Shown here: piece by piece, positions 32,301-42,768 of the stretch
Position numbering within the stretch: position 1 is the first letter of the stretch
Layout of the letters: each line of letters begins with the position of its first letter
Made by a program: the position numbers and the translations under genes
Notes under the pieces: model-generated
Database searches by the model: none
What the model was told of the DNA's origin: nothing
What the model saw: only the letters and a program-made list of their open reading frames with translations
Source of the DNA: Nannocystis bainbridge
GTDB lineage: Bacteria > Myxococcota_A > Polyangia > Nannocystales > Nannocystaceae
Direction: 5' to 3'
NCBI RefSeq assembly: GCF_028368995.1
Contig: NZ_JAQNDL010000001.1
Coordinates: forward strand, 1,280,001-1,344,000
DNA length: 64,000 bases

Positions 32301-33047
32301 ATGAGCATCAGTGAAGCCAAGCCCACGCTCGCGGCGACCGCCGGGGTCACCCGCCCCGGCCGGATCAAGATCGGCGAGCTCGCGCGCAAGACCGGCAAGA
32401 CCCCGCGGGCCCTGCACCTTTACGAGGAGATGGGCCTGCTCGTCCCGAGCGCGCGGACCGAGGGCGGTTTCCGCCTCTACGGGCCCGACGAGGTCGCCCG
32501 GGTCTACTGGATCACCAAGCTCCAGGACATCGGCTTCAGCTTGCCGCAGATCCAGAGCCTCCTGGGCACGGTGGCCGCCTCGCAGACCGCCCCCGAGGCG
32601 ATGAACAGCGTGCGCGAGCTGTTCCGCGGCAAGCTCGACGACACGCGGGCTCAGGTCACCCGGCTCTTGCAGCTCGAGCGCGACCTGTCCGAGAGTCTCG
32701 CCTACCTCGAGGGTTGTCGCCTCTGCCAGGAGCCTGCCAAGCCGGACGCCTGCACCAACTGCATCAGCGAGCGCCGCAGCGACGAGCCGACCCCGTCGCT
32801 GGTGGTCGGCATCCACCGCAAGCCGGGCGTCGAGCCCGGCGCGCGGGCCTGCGCGATCGAGTCGGCCGCCGGCGGCCGCCTCGCCGACCTGTCCCCCAGG
32901 ACATCCGACCTGTCCCTGCGGACATCCGCGCCCGACCTGTCCCCGAGGACATCCGGGCCCGAGCTGGCCGCTCGCCCCGCCGAATTCGCCGCCCGCCCCG
33001 ACGGGCGCGCCGCCGCCGCCAACGAGCCCGAGGGCACCTTCCCATGA
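32301..33047 (+). CDS. MerR-family regulator with CxxC-x7-CxxC motif
   Basis: [33 protein letters not shown]; CRLC...CTNC; stop overlaps iscS ATG. Confidence 0.9.
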   Translation: MSISEAKPTLAATAGVTRPGRIKIGELARKTGKTPRALHLYEEMGLLVPSARTEGGFRLYGPDEVARVYWITKLQDIGFSLPQIQSLLGTVAASQTAPEAMNSVRELFRGKLDDTRAQVTRLLQLERDLSESLAYLEGCRLCQEPAKPDACTNCISERRSDEPTPSLVVGIHRKPGVEPGARACAIESAAGGRLADLSPRTSDLSLRTSAPDLSPRTSGPELAARPAEFAARPDGRAAAANEPEGTFP

Positions 33048-34270
33048 CCGACATCAAGCGCCCGATCTACCTCGACTACGCCGCCACGTGCCCCGTGGAC
33101 CCACGTGTCCTCGAGGCCATGTTGCCGTATTTCAGCGACCGCTACGGCAACGCCGCCAGCCGCACCCACGTGTTCGGCTGGCAGGCGGAGGAGGCCGTCG
33201 AGGCCGCGCGCCGCGAGATCGCCACCTCGCTCAACGCCGACCCGAAGGAGATCACCTTCACGAGCGGCGCCACCGAGTCCAACAACCTGGCGATCAAGGG
33301 CGTCGTCGAGTACCTGGCCGAGACCGGCAAGAAGCACATCGTCACCGCCGTCACCGAGCACAAGGCGGTCCTCGACACCTGCAAGCACCTCGAGCGTCAC
33401 GGCTGCGAGGTCACTTACTTGCAGGTCGCGATCGACGGCCGGATCACCCCGGAGCAGGTCGCGGCGGCCCTGCGGCCCGACACCGCGATCGTCTCGCTGA
33501 TGTTCGCCAACAACGAGACCGGCGTGATCCAGCCGATCACCGAGATCGGCGCCGCCTGCCGCGCGGCGGGGGTGCTGTTCCACACCGACGCCGTGCAGGC
33601 GTTCGGCAAGATCCCGGTCGACGTCGAGGCCATGAACATCGACCTCGCCAGCCTCAGCGCCCACAAGCTCTACGGGCCCAAGGGCGTCGGCGCCCTGTAC
33701 ATCCGTCGCCGCAAGCCGCGCGTCCGGATCGCCCCGCAGATCCACGGCGGCGGCCACGAGCGCGGCACCCGCTCGGGCACCCTCAACGTCCCGGGCATCG
33801 TCGGCTTCGGCTACGCGGCCAAGCTGGCGCGCGAGGAGCTGGCCAGCGAGTCGGCCCGCCTGTTCGAGCTGCGCGAGCACCTGCGCCGGCGCCTGGTCAC
33901 GGAGATCCCGCACGCGATCGTCAACGGTTCGCTCGAGCATCGCCTGCCCGGAACCCTCAACATCAGCTTCGCCTACGTCGAGGGCGAGAGCCTGCTCATG
34001 GGACTCAAGGACATCGCAGTCTCCTCGGGCTCGGCCTGCACCTCGGCCAGCCTGGAGCCGAGCTACGTCCTGAAAGCCATGGGCCTCGACGACGAGATGG
34101 CGCACTCGAGCCTGCGCATCACGATGGGCCGGTTCACCACCCGTGAGGAACTCGACTTCGTCGCCGACCTCATCGGGCGCGAGGTCGCCCGCCTGCGCGA
34201 CATGTCCCCGCTGTGGGAGATGGTCCAGGAGGGCGTCGACCTCCGCACCATCGAGTGGACCCCGCACTGA
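33044..34270 (+). CDS. iscS: Cysteine desulfurase IscS
   Basis: [33 protein letters not shown]-terminal SPLWEM. Confidence 0.95.
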   Translation: MTDIKRPIYLDYAATCPVDPRVLEAMLPYFSDRYGNAASRTHVFGWQAEEAVEAARREIATSLNADPKEITFTSGATESNNLAIKGVVEYLAETGKKHIVTAVTEHKAVLDTCKHLERHGCEVTYLQVAIDGRITPEQVAAALRPDTAIVSLMFANNETGVIQPITEIGAACRAAGVLFHTDAVQAFGKIPVDVEAMNIDLASLSAHKLYGPKGVGALYIRRRKPRVRIAPQIHGGGHERGTRSGTLNVPGIVGFGYAAKLAREELASESARLFELREHLRRRLVTEIPHAIVNGSLEHRLPGTLNISFAYVEGESLLMGLKDIAVSSGSACTSASLEPSYVLKAMGLDDEMAHSSLRITMGRFTTREELDFVADLIGREVARLRDMSPLWEMVQEGVDLRTIEWTPH

Positions 34271-34337
34271 TTGACTTCCGGGGCCGCCGGCCCCAATCAC
34301 TACCCGGCACGAGAGCCCCGGGCCCGAGACAACCGCC

Positions 34338-34748
34338 ATGGCATACAGCAACAAAGTCATCGAGCACTACGAGCACCCGCGCAACGTCGGCAGCCTCGAC
34401 AAGGGCGACGCCACCGTCGGCACCGGCATCGTCGGCGCCCCCGCCTGCGGCGACGTGATGAAGCTGCAGATCAAGGTCGAGAACGGCGTCATCACCGACG
34501 CCAAGTTCAAGACCTACGGCTGCGGCTCCGCCATCGCCAGCTCGAGCCTGGTCACCGAGTGGGTCAAGGGCATGAGCGTCGACCAGGCCATGCAGATCAA
34601 GAACAGCCAGATCGCCGAGGAGCTGTCGCTCCCGCCGGTCAAGATCCACTGCTCGGTCCTCGCCGAGGACGCGATCAAGGCCGCCATCCGCGACTTCCAG
34701 CAGAAGCAGGGCGGCGCGCCCGCCGGCGAAGACGAGCCCCAGCACTGA
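34338..34748 (+). CDS. iscU: Fe-S scaffold IscU
   Basis: [22 protein letters not shown]. Confidence 0.97.
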   Translation: MAYSNKVIEHYEHPRNVGSLDKGDATVGTGIVGAPACGDVMKLQIKVENGVITDAKFKTYGCGSAIASSSLVTEWVKGMSVDQAMQIKNSQIAEELSLPPVKIHCSVLAEDAIKAAIRDFQQKQGGAPAGEDEPQH

Positions 34749-34753
34749 CCGCC

Positions 34754-35086
34754 ATGCCGAGCCTCACCGTCACCTCGCGCGCCGCCAAGATCATGCGCGA
34801 CCAGCTGGCCCGCCGCGGCACCCCGCAGGCGGCGATCCGCCTCGGTATCCGCGGCGGCGGCTGCACCGGCTACTCGTACCTGTTCGAGTTCGAGGACAAG
34901 CCGCCGCGGGCCAACGACCTGGTCGTCGAGCAGGACGGCGTGCGCGTCGTCGTCGACCCCAAGAGCCTGTTCTACCTCGACGGCACCGAGGTCGACTTCG
35001 AGACCGGCATGCGCGGCCACGGGTTCAAGTTCAAGAACCCGAACACCAAGGACGCGTGCGGCTGCGGCGAGTCGATCTCGTTCTGA
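34754..35086 (+). CDS. iscA: A-type Fe-S carrier IscA
   Basis: [14 protein letters not shown]. Confidence 0.92.
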   Translation: MPSLTVTSRAAKIMRDQLARRGTPQAAIRLGIRGGGCTGYSYLFEFEDKPPRANDLVVEQDGVRVVVDPKSLFYLDGTEVDFETGMRGHGFKFKNPNTKDACGCGESISF

Positions 35087-35117
35087 CCGCGGCTGCCCTG
35101 CCCCCGCCTCTCCTGAG

Positions 35118-35170
35118 CGACCTGTCCCTTCGGACCTGCCCGATCGAGCCTGTCCCTTCGGACCTGTCCT
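35118..35170. repeat. 14-bp-period CCTG array
   Basis: Cores at 35121, 35135, 35149, 35163 between iscA and hscB. Confidence 0.85.
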
Positions 35171-35188
35171 TACGATCTCCCCCCGGCC

Positions 35189-35701
35189 ATGTCCGTCGAC
35201 ACCGACCCATTCGCCCTGTTCGACCTGCCGCGCCGGCACGCCGCCGCGCGCGAGGCGATCGAGCAGCGTTACCTCGAGCTGTCGCGGGCAGCCCACCCCG
35301 ACAACGTCGTCGGCGAGGGCACCGCGGCCCGCCGCGCCGCGGTCGAGCGCGCCAGCGCCATCAACGCCGCCTACCGGACCTTGCGCGACCCGGCCCTGCG
35401 CGCCGAGGCGCTGGTCAAGCTCGGCGGCATCGACCTCGACAGCACCGACGCCGAGCGCGGCGCGCCGCACCCGACCCAGGCGTTCCTGCTCGAGATGATC
35501 GACCTGCGCGAGCGCCTCGAAGACGGCGGCCCGGCCGGCGTCGCCGCCGTGCGCGACGACGTCGAGGCCCGCAGCGACGCCGCCCTCGACGCCGCGGTCG
35601 CGGCCCTCGACGCCGGCGAGGTCCGCCGCGCCGCCGAGCAGCTGGTCGCGCGCCGCTACTTCCAGCGCTTCCTCGACGAGACCGACAGCAGCGCCCCATG
35701 A
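35189..35701 (+). CDS. hscB: Co-chaperone HscB
   Basis: J-domain [24 protein letters not shown]; operon position. Confidence 0.9.
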   Translation: MSVDTDPFALFDLPRRHAAAREAIEQRYLELSRAAHPDNVVGEGTAARRAAVERASAINAAYRTLRDPALRAEALVKLGGIDLDSTDAERGAPHPTQAFLLEMIDLRERLEDGGPAGVAAVRDDVEARSDAALDAAVAALDAGEVRRAAEQLVARRYFQRFLDETDSSAP

Positions 35702-37731
35702 CCAGCGTCTCCATCCACGACACCGGCGCGCTGTTCCAGATCGCCGAGCCGACCGACTCGCGCCGCGCCCCACGCCGTCCTGGCCGCGGGATCGGCATCG
35801 ACCTCGGCACTACCAACAGCCTGGTCGCGCTCGCCCCCCACGGCGCCGCCCCGCGGGTCCTCCGCGACAGCGCGGGCAGCGGCCTGGTCCCCTCGGTGGT
35901 CGCCTACACCGCCGATCCCCCGCTGGTCGGCCGCGCCGCCCAGGCGCTGCAGGCGGAGCACCCGAGCCAGGTGCTGAGCAGCGTCAAGCGGCTGATGGGC
36001 CGCGGCCTCGCCGACATCAACTTCGCCCACCCGTATCACCTGTCCGAAGAGACACCCGGTCTCCTGCGCATTTGTGTAGGCTCGCCTCCCGGCTCGCAGG
36101 TCGGCTCGCTTCCCGGCTCGCAGGACGCACCTGGCCTTTCGGCCAGCTCGCGCCGCGTCACCCCGACGGAGGTGTCGGCGGCGATCTTGCGCGAGCTCAA
36201 GCTGCGCGCCGAGGCCGAGCTGGGCGAGCCGTGCGACGGCGCCGTGATCACGGTGCCGGCCTACTTCGACGACGCCCAGCGCCAGGCCACCCGCGACGCC
36301 GGGCGCATCGCCGGCCTGCAGGTCTACCGCCTGCTCGCCGAACCGACCGCGGCCGCGCTCGCCTACGGCCTCGACCGCGGCGGCGAGGGCCTGTTCGCCG
36401 TCTACGACCTCGGCGGCGGCACCTTCGACGTCTCGATCCTGCGCCTTCACAAGGGCGTGTTCCAGGTCCTGGCGACCGGGGGCGACAGCGCCCTCGGCGG
36501 CGACGACTTCGACCGCGCGCTCGCGGCTCACCTGCTCCAAAAGGCAGGTTCTTCCGAGCCCTCGCCCAACCAGCTCGACGCCGCCCGCCTGGCTGCCCGC
36601 GCGGCCAAGGAGCGCCTGACCGAAGAGACAGCCACGCGCGTCGCCCTGCCCGGCCTGCCCGAGCTCGAGGTCACGCGCGCCGAGTTCGACGCGCTGATCG
36701 AGCCGTTGGCCCAGCGGACCCTCCGCGCCTGCCGCCAGGCGCTCAAGGACGCCGGCCTGCGGGCCCCCGAGCTCGACGGCGTGGTCCTCGTCGGCGGCTC
36801 GACGCGGGTGCCGAAGGTCCGCGAGCTGGTGGCCGAAACCTTCAAGCGCCCGCCGCTGGCCGACATCGACCCCGACGAGGTCGTCGCCTGGGGCGCGGCG
36901 ATCCAGGCCGACATCCTCAGCGGCTCGGCGCGCGAGGGCGTCACCCTGCTCGACGTCGTCCCGCTCTCGCTCGGCCTCGAGACGATGGGCGGCATCGTCG
37001 AGAAGATCATCCCGCGCAACGCGACCATCCCGATCGCCGCGCGCCAGGTGTTCACCAACTACGCCGAGCACCAGACCGGCATGGTCATCCACGCGGTCCA
37101 GGGCGAGCGCGAGCTGGCCCGCGACTGCCGCAGCCTGGCCCGCTTCGACCTCAAGGGCATCCCGCGGCTGCCGCCGTCGATGGCCCGCGTCGAGGTCACC
37201 TTCCAGCTCGACGCCGACGCCCTGCTCACCGTCTCGGCGCGCGAGCTGATGACCGGCGTGCGCCAGTCGGTCGAGGTCAAGCCGACCTACGGCCTGTCCG
37301 AGGAGGAGGTCGACCGCCTCGTCATGGACAGCCTCGACCACGCCGGCGACGACTACGCCCGCCGCAACGCCGCCGAGGCGCGCGTCGAGCTCGGCCGCGT
37401 CGTCCTGGCCCTGCGCACCGCCGTCACCGAGGTCGGCCACCTGCGCGACCTGCTGCCCGACGACGAGCGCGTCCGCCTCGAGGCCGCGCTGGCCGCCGCC
37501 GACGCCGCCATGGCCGACCCCGACGCCGTCGCCGAGCCGCTGAACCGCGCCCGCACTGCGCTCGAGAAGATCAGCGAGCCGTTCGCCCGCCGCCGCATGG
37601 AGCGGGCCCTCAACGCCGGCATGGCCGGCAAGAGCCTCCACGACATCGAGCGCGCGCTGGCCGACGAAGAGGCGCTGCAAGAGAAGCGCGCCGGCCACTC
37701 CCCCGAGCTGCTCGAACCCGAAGAGCCCTGA
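35698..37731 (+). CDS. hscA: Fe-S chaperone HscA
   Basis: [36 protein letters not shown]; operon position. Confidence 0.92.
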   Translation: MTSVSIHDTGALFQIAEPTDSRRAPRRPGRGIGIDLGTTNSLVALAPHGAAPRVLRDSAGSGLVPSVVAYTADPPLVGRAAQALQAEHPSQVLSSVKRLMGRGLADINFAHPYHLSEETPGLLRICVGSPPGSQVGSLPGSQDAPGLSASSRRVTPTEVSAAILRELKLRAEAELGEPCDGAVITVPAYFDDAQRQATRDAGRIAGLQVYRLLAEPTAAALAYGLDRGGEGLFAVYDLGGGTFDVSILRLHKGVFQVLATGGDSALGGDDFDRALAAHLLQKAGSSEPSPNQLDAARLAARAAKERLTEETATRVALPGLPELEVTRAEFDALIEPLAQRTLRACRQALKDAGLRAPELDGVVLVGGSTRVPKVRELVAETFKRPPLADIDPDEVVAWGAAIQADILSGSAREGVTLLDVVPLSLGLETMGGIVEKIIPRNATIPIAARQVFTNYAEHQTGMVIHAVQGERELARDCRSLARFDLKGIPRLPPSMARVEVTFQLDADALLTVSARELMTGVRQSVEVKPTYGLSEEEVDRLVMDSLDHAGDDYARRNAAEARVELGRVVLALRTAVTEVGHLRDLLPDDERVRLEAALAAADAAMADPDAVAEPLNRARTALEKISEPFARRRMERALNAGMAGKSLHDIERALADEEALQEKRAGHSPELLEPEEP

Positions 37732-37738
37732 GAATCGC

Positions 37739-38083
37739 ATGCCGACCGTCACCTTCATCGGCCCCCATGGCACCAAGGTCGTCGAGGCCGAGCCCGACGA
37801 GACCCTGCTCGATCTCGCCGAGCGCCACGACATCATGATGGGCTCCGCCTGCGGAGGCGTGTGCGCCTGCTCGTCGTGCCACTGCTACGTCCGCCAGGGC
37901 CTCCCGACCCTGCCCGAGATGTCCGACGCCGAGAGCGACCGCCTCGACATGGGCTTCGACGTCCGCCCCTACAGCCGCCTCGGCTGCCAGGTCAAGATCG
38001 GCAAGGCCGACCTCGTCGTCGAGCTCACGCAAGAGTCGATCCGCACCTGGTACGACGAGCACCCCCAGGCGCGCAAGCCCTGA
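37739..38083 (+). CDS. fdx: ISC 2Fe-2S ferredoxin
   Basis: ACGGVCACSSCH, SRLGCQ. Confidence 0.92.
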   Translation: MPTVTFIGPHGTKVVEAEPDETLLDLAERHDIMMGSACGGVCACSSCHCYVRQGLPTLPEMSDAESDRLDMGFDVRPYSRLGCQVKIGKADLVVELTQESIRTWYDEHPQARKP

Positions 38084-38098
38084 GCGTCCTGCTGTAAG

Positions 38099-38150
38099 GG
38101 ACATGCTCGTGAGGCCATGTCCTTCGGGACATGGCGAAAAGAGCATGCCC
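38099..38150. repeat. 14-bp-period CATG array
   Basis: Cores at 38102, 38116, 38130, 38144; includes the perfect hairpin CATGTCC-TTCG-GGACATG. Confidence 0.9.
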
Positions 38151-38181
38151 GCTAGCGCACCTTCGGGTCGTGCGCCGCGAG

Positions 38182-38366
38182 TCATCGGCGCAACCGAGTA
38201 GCGACCCAGCTAGCAGTCGGCGCTGCCACGACCTGTCCGGGTCGCGGCTCATCGGCGCAACCGAGTAGCGCTTCAGCACGAAGCCGGCGCTGCCACGTCC
38301 TGCCCGTCGGTTCGCGGGACAACGGCGCAACCGACTGGCGGCCCGCTCGAGGTCGGCGCTGTCACG
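38182..38366. repeat. Three imperfect ~67-70-bp tandem repeats
   Basis: CGGCGCAACCGA...CGGCGCTGYCACG recurs in units starting near 38182, 38249 and 38320. Confidence 0.75.
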
Positions 38367-38741
38367 CCCGATCCGGAACAGCTGATCCCGTCCAGCGAGC
38401 TCCGAATCATCGTTCGCTACGAACGCGACGTCGCATCGGAGCGTCGGCTCCTGTGTCGACTTGCCCGAGCCGCTCTCGTGAGCGGCCGACGATCTCGGCG
38501 AGCCCGCCGCCACATCCTCTTGAACAGCGTCTCGCGTGCGCTGCGGGCGGCGTGCCGCCATCTGTGCGTCACATTTGGGGCGCTAATCGGGCCCCGTTGT
38601 TTGGGGACAAGAGCGGTGTTGCCGCCCGCAGCGTCCGCGAGGTCTGGCGAGCATGGGCCACGTGCGTGATCTGTTGAGGAACACGCGGCCTCACCTTCGC
38701 GTCGCCGCGCGCGCCTGCGGTGTGGGGGCTATAGTCGCCGC

Positions 38742-40001
38742 GTGCACCGTCGCGCCTTTGTCACCGGCACGCTCGCTGCCCTGTCTCTTGGGTCATGTCG
38801 CCGCGCTCCCGGCTCGCCCGCCGGCGTTCCCGTCGTCGACTCGCGCTTCGCCGCGCTCGCCGGCTTCTGCGACGGCCTCGCTCCGATAGGCGACGACGAG
38901 CGGGCGCGCCGGCGCGAGCGGGCCCAGGCGCTGATGCAAGAACATGGCCTTTCGGCCATGCTCTTCGAGCCAGGTGACTCCCTCACCTACTTCGCCGGCA
39001 TCCGCTGGGGGCGGAGCGAGCGGCCCATGCTCTATCTATTGCCGGCGCGCGGAGCTGCGGCCCTCGTCGCCCCCGCCTTCGAGTCGCGCACCCTCGCGGA
39101 GCGGGCCGGCGACGGCCTCGCCCAGCACCTGTGGCACGAGCACGAATCACCGTTCAGCAAGCTCGCCGAGGCGCTGCGGGCCGCCGGGGTCGAGCGCGGC
39201 AAGCTCGGCGTCGACCCTTGGATCCGTCAGTTCATCGTCGACGGGGCGCGCGCGGCCTGCGAGGTCGAGATCGCTCCGGCCACCGACGTGCTCCGCGGCT
39301 GTCGCATGATCAAGAGCGCGAGCGAACTCGCGCTCCTGCGGCGCGCCAACGAGGCGAGCAAGGCCGCGCTCAAGGCCGTTTCCGCGCATGTCTCCGAGGG
39401 CATGTCCGAAGGACAACTCGCCGAGCTCGTGCATGCCGCCCAGACCGCAGCTGGCCTCGCGGACACGTGGGTGCTCGCGCTGTTCGGCGCCAACGCCTCC
39501 TTCCCACACGGCACCCAGGGCGAGAAGCGGCTCGTTCGCGGCGAGCTCGTGCTCGTCGACGCCGGCGGCTCGCTCCACGGCTACCAATCGGACGTCACGC
39601 GAACATGGCCTTTCGGACCTGTCTCTTCGGCGCAGGCACGCGCGTGGCAGGCGGTGCATCGGGCCCAGACGGCGGCGCTGGCCGAGCTGCGTCCGGGTCG
39701 TCCGTGCGACGCCGCCGACGCCGCGGCGCGCGCGGCGATCGCTGCGGCCGGTTACGCCGCCGACTACGGCAACTTCACGCATCGACTCGGCCACGGCATC
39801 GGCCTTCAGACCCACGAGGACCCCTACCTCGTGCGCGGCAATCGCTACCTGCTGCGACCGGGCATGACCATGTCCGACGAGCCAGGTGTCTACTTGGTTG
39901 GTGAACTCGGAGTCCGCCTCGAGGACATCGTCGCCATCACCGACGGGGAGCCCGAGGTATTCGGCCCGCGGGCCGGTTCGATCGAAGCGCCGTTCGGGTG
40001 A
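38742..40001 (+). CDS. Xaa-Pro peptidase (M24), Tat/lipoprotein signal
   Basis: HRRAFV Tat-like motif; PHG, DAGG...SDVTRT, HRLGHGIGLQTHEDP, EPG, GVRLED. Confidence 0.9.
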   Translation: MHRRAFVTGTLAALSLGSCRRAPGSPAGVPVVDSRFAALAGFCDGLAPIGDDERARRRERAQALMQEHGLSAMLFEPGDSLTYFAGIRWGRSERPMLYLLPARGAAALVAPAFESRTLAERAGDGLAQHLWHEHESPFSKLAEALRAAGVERGKLGVDPWIRQFIVDGARAACEVEIAPATDVLRGCRMIKSASELALLRRANEASKAALKAVSAHVSEGMSEGQLAELVHAAQTAAGLADTWVLALFGANASFPHGTQGEKRLVRGELVLVDAGGSLHGYQSDVTRTWPFGPVSSAQARAWQAVHRAQTAALAELRPGRPCDAADAAARAAIAAAGYAADYGNFTHRLGHGIGLQTHEDPYLVRGNRYLLRPGMTMSDEPGVYLVGELGVRLEDIVAITDGEPEVFGPRAGSIEAPFG

Positions 40002-40086
40002 CGAGCCTCCGCTCCGCGTGCGCGTCCTTGATCTCCCATGGCCGCAGGTCGGGGTGGTATAGGCCCTGACACACCGGAGAAGGAAA

Positions 40087-40287
40087 TTGCCGCAGCTCAT
40101 CCTTGAAGACCTGAACCTCGAGACCGCGGAGCGGCGTCTGTGCTCCGAGGCGCTCAACACCGCCGGTAACATCGTCGGCGCTGCGGACCTGCTGGGCATC
40201 ACCCGTCACGCGTTGAAGCGACGGATCATCAAGCTCGGCATCGAGTGGCCGCCCGCGCGCGGCAGCCGTCCCGAGCCCACGACCTAG
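40087..40287 (+). CDS. Small Fis-type HTH protein
   Basis: EALNTAGNIVGAADLLGITRHALKRRIIKLG; AAGGA RBS, TTG start. Confidence 0.8.
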   Translation: MPQLILEDLNLETAERRLCSEALNTAGNIVGAADLLGITRHALKRRIIKLGIEWPPARGSRPEPTT

Positions 40288-40403
40288 GAATTACGGCGGA
40301 GCGGCGGCGCGGGTGACATGGCTCTTGGGCCAGGTGAGCACCGACGCTGACGCTCCGCGATCGACGAGCGCGCGGACGGGGGCGCCCGCGCGCGCGGACC
40401 GTG

Positions 40404-41195
40404 TCAGCGCCCGGTGAAGTTCGGCGTCCGCTTCTCCACGTACGCCACCAACCCCTCGGTCGCGTCGCTGCTCTGGAACAGCCGCTGCTGCAGCTCGCGC
40501 TCGAGCGCCAGCCCGTCGAGCAGGCTGAGCTCGCCGCCCGTCTGACACGCGCGCTTGAGCAGGCCGACCGCCATCGACGCCTTGGCCGGCGGCACGAACC
40601 GCTTGGCGTACTCGCGGACCTGGCCGACGAAGTCCGCCGCGCTCGGGGCGTCGAACACCTTGTTGACGATGCCGAGCTTGAGCGCCTCGTCGAAGTCCAT
40701 CGTCCGGCCCTCGGCCATCATCTCGATCGCCGCCGACTTGCCGATCAGCCGCGTCAGTCGCTGCGTGCCGCCGGTGCCGGGCAGCACCCCGAGCGCCACC
40801 TCGGGCAGCCCGCACTGACCGGCGCCGCGGCGGGCGATCCGGAGGTCGGCGGCCAGCGCGATCTCGAGGCCGCCGCCGACGCAGTGGCCGTTGAGCGCCG
40901 CGATGACCAGCTTCGGCGTCTGCTCGAGCCGCCCGATCGTCTCGTTGGCGTGCAGGCAGAAGTTGTACTTGAACGTCGGGTCGGCGCCCTTGAGCATGCG
41001 GATGTCGGCGCCCGCGCAGAAGAACTTCTCGCCCGCGCCGACGATCACGATCACGTGCGCCTCCGCGTCGAAGCGGGCGCGCAGGATCGCCGCGTCGAGG
41101 TCCTGCATCATCGCGTACGAGTAGCAGTTGGCGGGCGGGACGTTGATCGTGAGCTGGGCGACGCCGCCCTCGGCGTGGTATTCGACGTGAGGCAT
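40404..41195 (-). CDS. Enoyl-CoA hydratase/isomerase
   Basis: FCAGADI, GGGLEIALAAD, PEVALGVLPGTGGTQRL. Confidence 0.93.
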   Translation of the reverse strand: MPHVEYHAEGGVAQLTINVPPANCYSYAMMQDLDAAILRARFDAEAHVIVIVGAGEKFFCAGADIRMLKGADPTFKYNFCLHANETIGRLEQTPKLVIAALNGHCVGGGLEIALAADLRIARRGAGQCGLPEVALGVLPGTGGTQRLTRLIGKSAAIEMMAEGRTMDFDEALKLGIVNKVFDAPSAADFVGQVREYAKRFVPPAKASMAVGLLKRACQTGGELSLLDGLALERELQQRLFQSSDATEGLVAYVEKRTPNFTGR

Positions 41196-41217
41196 GCCCG
41201 GGCTTATACCCGATCCT

Positions 41218-41655
41218 GTGCACGTTCACCGCGTCCGCGTCGGCTTCGGCGACTGCGATCCCGCAGGCATCGTCTACTTCCCGCGCTTCTTCCACTTCTT
41301 CCACGAGGCGATGGAGACGTGGTTCGGTGAGGTGCTGGGCCTGCCGTACGCCGAGATGATCCGCGGCCGCGGCCTCGGCTTCCCCGCCGTCCACACCGAG
41401 GCCGACTTCGCCATTCCATGCGCCTTTGGCGACGAGATCGCGGTCGAGCAACGCGTCATCGGCCTCGGCCGCACCTCGATCCGCTTCGCCTACCGCGTGC
41501 GCACCCACGGCGTCCCCGACTCGCCCGTCCGCCTCACCGGCACCACGGTTTCGGTCGTCATGGACCTCGACCCGAGCCGCCCGACCTTCCGCCGCCCCGT
41601 CGAGCTGCCGGCCGACCTGCGCGCCCGCATCGAGCCGCTGCTCGTCGCCTCGTGA
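41218..41655 (+). CDS. Acyl-CoA thioesterase (4HBT/hotdog)
   Basis: FGDCDPAGIVYFPRFF; GTG 41218 preferred over overlapping ATG 41194. Confidence 0.88.
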   Translation: MHVHRVRVGFGDCDPAGIVYFPRFFHFFHEAMETWFGEVLGLPYAEMIRGRGLGFPAVHTEADFAIPCAFGDEIAVEQRVIGLGRTSIRFAYRVRTHGVPDSPVRLTGTTVSVVMDLDPSRPTFRRPVELPADLRARIEPLLVAS

Positions 41656-41942
41656 CGCTGTCGGGTCGCGTCGACGACACGGCCGACGCGTGACCGAGCA
41701 ACCGTCGCTCGGCTCGACGGGCGGGGCGTCGTTGGCACGGGAGCCGCCACGATGTCATCGGGGGAGCAGCCGCGCTCCGTAGCGACGGCTTGGTCGGCCT
41801 GGTCGTCGGTCAGCGTGGTCGGCGGTCGACGTCGATCTTTGCGTTTCGCCGCCCTCGCGGCCTCACCGCCGCGACGCTGCGGGCTCGTCGAACATCCTCC
41901 CGCTCGACAGGCCGCGCGCCGCTTGGCACAGTCCGCCGCACG

Positions 41943-42623
41943 ATGAGCGAGTCGCTGACCCTCGCCCCGACCGCCGACCCGCAGGTGTTCCTCGCGCCTG
42001 ACGGCCGCCGCCTCTCACCACCCCCGGGCTGGACTTGCCTGCCGCCTGGCGACGCCGCCCTGACCCGCCGCGTCAAGCTGGCCGGCCCGTCGTGGGCCGT
42101 CGTCGAGAAGAAGGGCCGCAAGCTGTTCTCGCGCGGCCTGTGGGCCCCCGCCGCCACCATCGAATCGCTGCGGGTCACCCTCGACGCCGAGCGCTCGACC
42201 GAGGCCCACGCCAAGAAGCGCGCCGCCGACGTCGCTCGCCGCGAGCGGACCCAGGCCGCCTACGTCGTCACCTTCGAGCAGTCCGTGCTCGAGTTCCTGC
42301 GCTTCGCTCCGCTCTGGGACACGCTCGCCCGCACCGTCGCCGCCCGCGTCGCCGCCCACGCCACCCCGGTCGGCAGCGGCACCGTCGCCCGCACCGAGCG
42401 GATCCCCGTCGAGGAACGGGCCCGCGCCGCCGTCATCGCCTGGATGCGCCACCAGACCACCGGCTACGACGACATGCAGATCGCCCGGGTCAAGGGCGCC
42501 CGCCGCGAGGTCCGCCGCGAGCTCGCCGACATCTCTCGCGCCGTGCTCGACCTCCACCGCCGCGACGAGGCCCACACCGCCCGCGCCTGCCCGCTGTGCC
42601 AGGCCGCCGCCGCGCCCGCGTGA
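41943..42623 (+). CDS. DUF2293-like protein
   Basis: PVGSGTVART...AAVIAWMRHQTTGYD. Confidence 0.75.
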   Translation: MSESLTLAPTADPQVFLAPDGRRLSPPPGWTCLPPGDAALTRRVKLAGPSWAVVEKKGRKLFSRGLWAPAATIESLRVTLDAERSTEAHAKKRAADVARRERTQAAYVVTFEQSVLEFLRFAPLWDTLARTVAARVAAHATPVGSGTVARTERIPVEERARAAVIAWMRHQTTGYDDMQIARVKGARREVRRELADISRAVLDLHRRDEAHTARACPLCQAAAAPA

Positions 42624-42700
42624 CCGCCTGCGCTTCGGGACATGCCCCAAAGCGCATGTCCCTTTGAACATGGCGCCGAGGCCATGCTCTCCGGGCCAGG
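42624..42700. repeat. 14-bp-period array between convergent genes
   Basis: Cores at 42627, 42641, 42655, 42669, 42683, 42697. Confidence 0.9.
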
Positions 42701-42768
42701 TACGCGAATGCCTGGACTCCCGCCGTCGAGCTCCCGGCCGCCCAGCGCGTGACGTGCGGTCCCCGCCC

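Noticed and set aside
38182-38366. Mini-CRISPR interpretation of the 67-70-bp repeats
   Set aside because: The putative spacers resemble each other, there are only three degenerate units, and there is no cas gene or leader.
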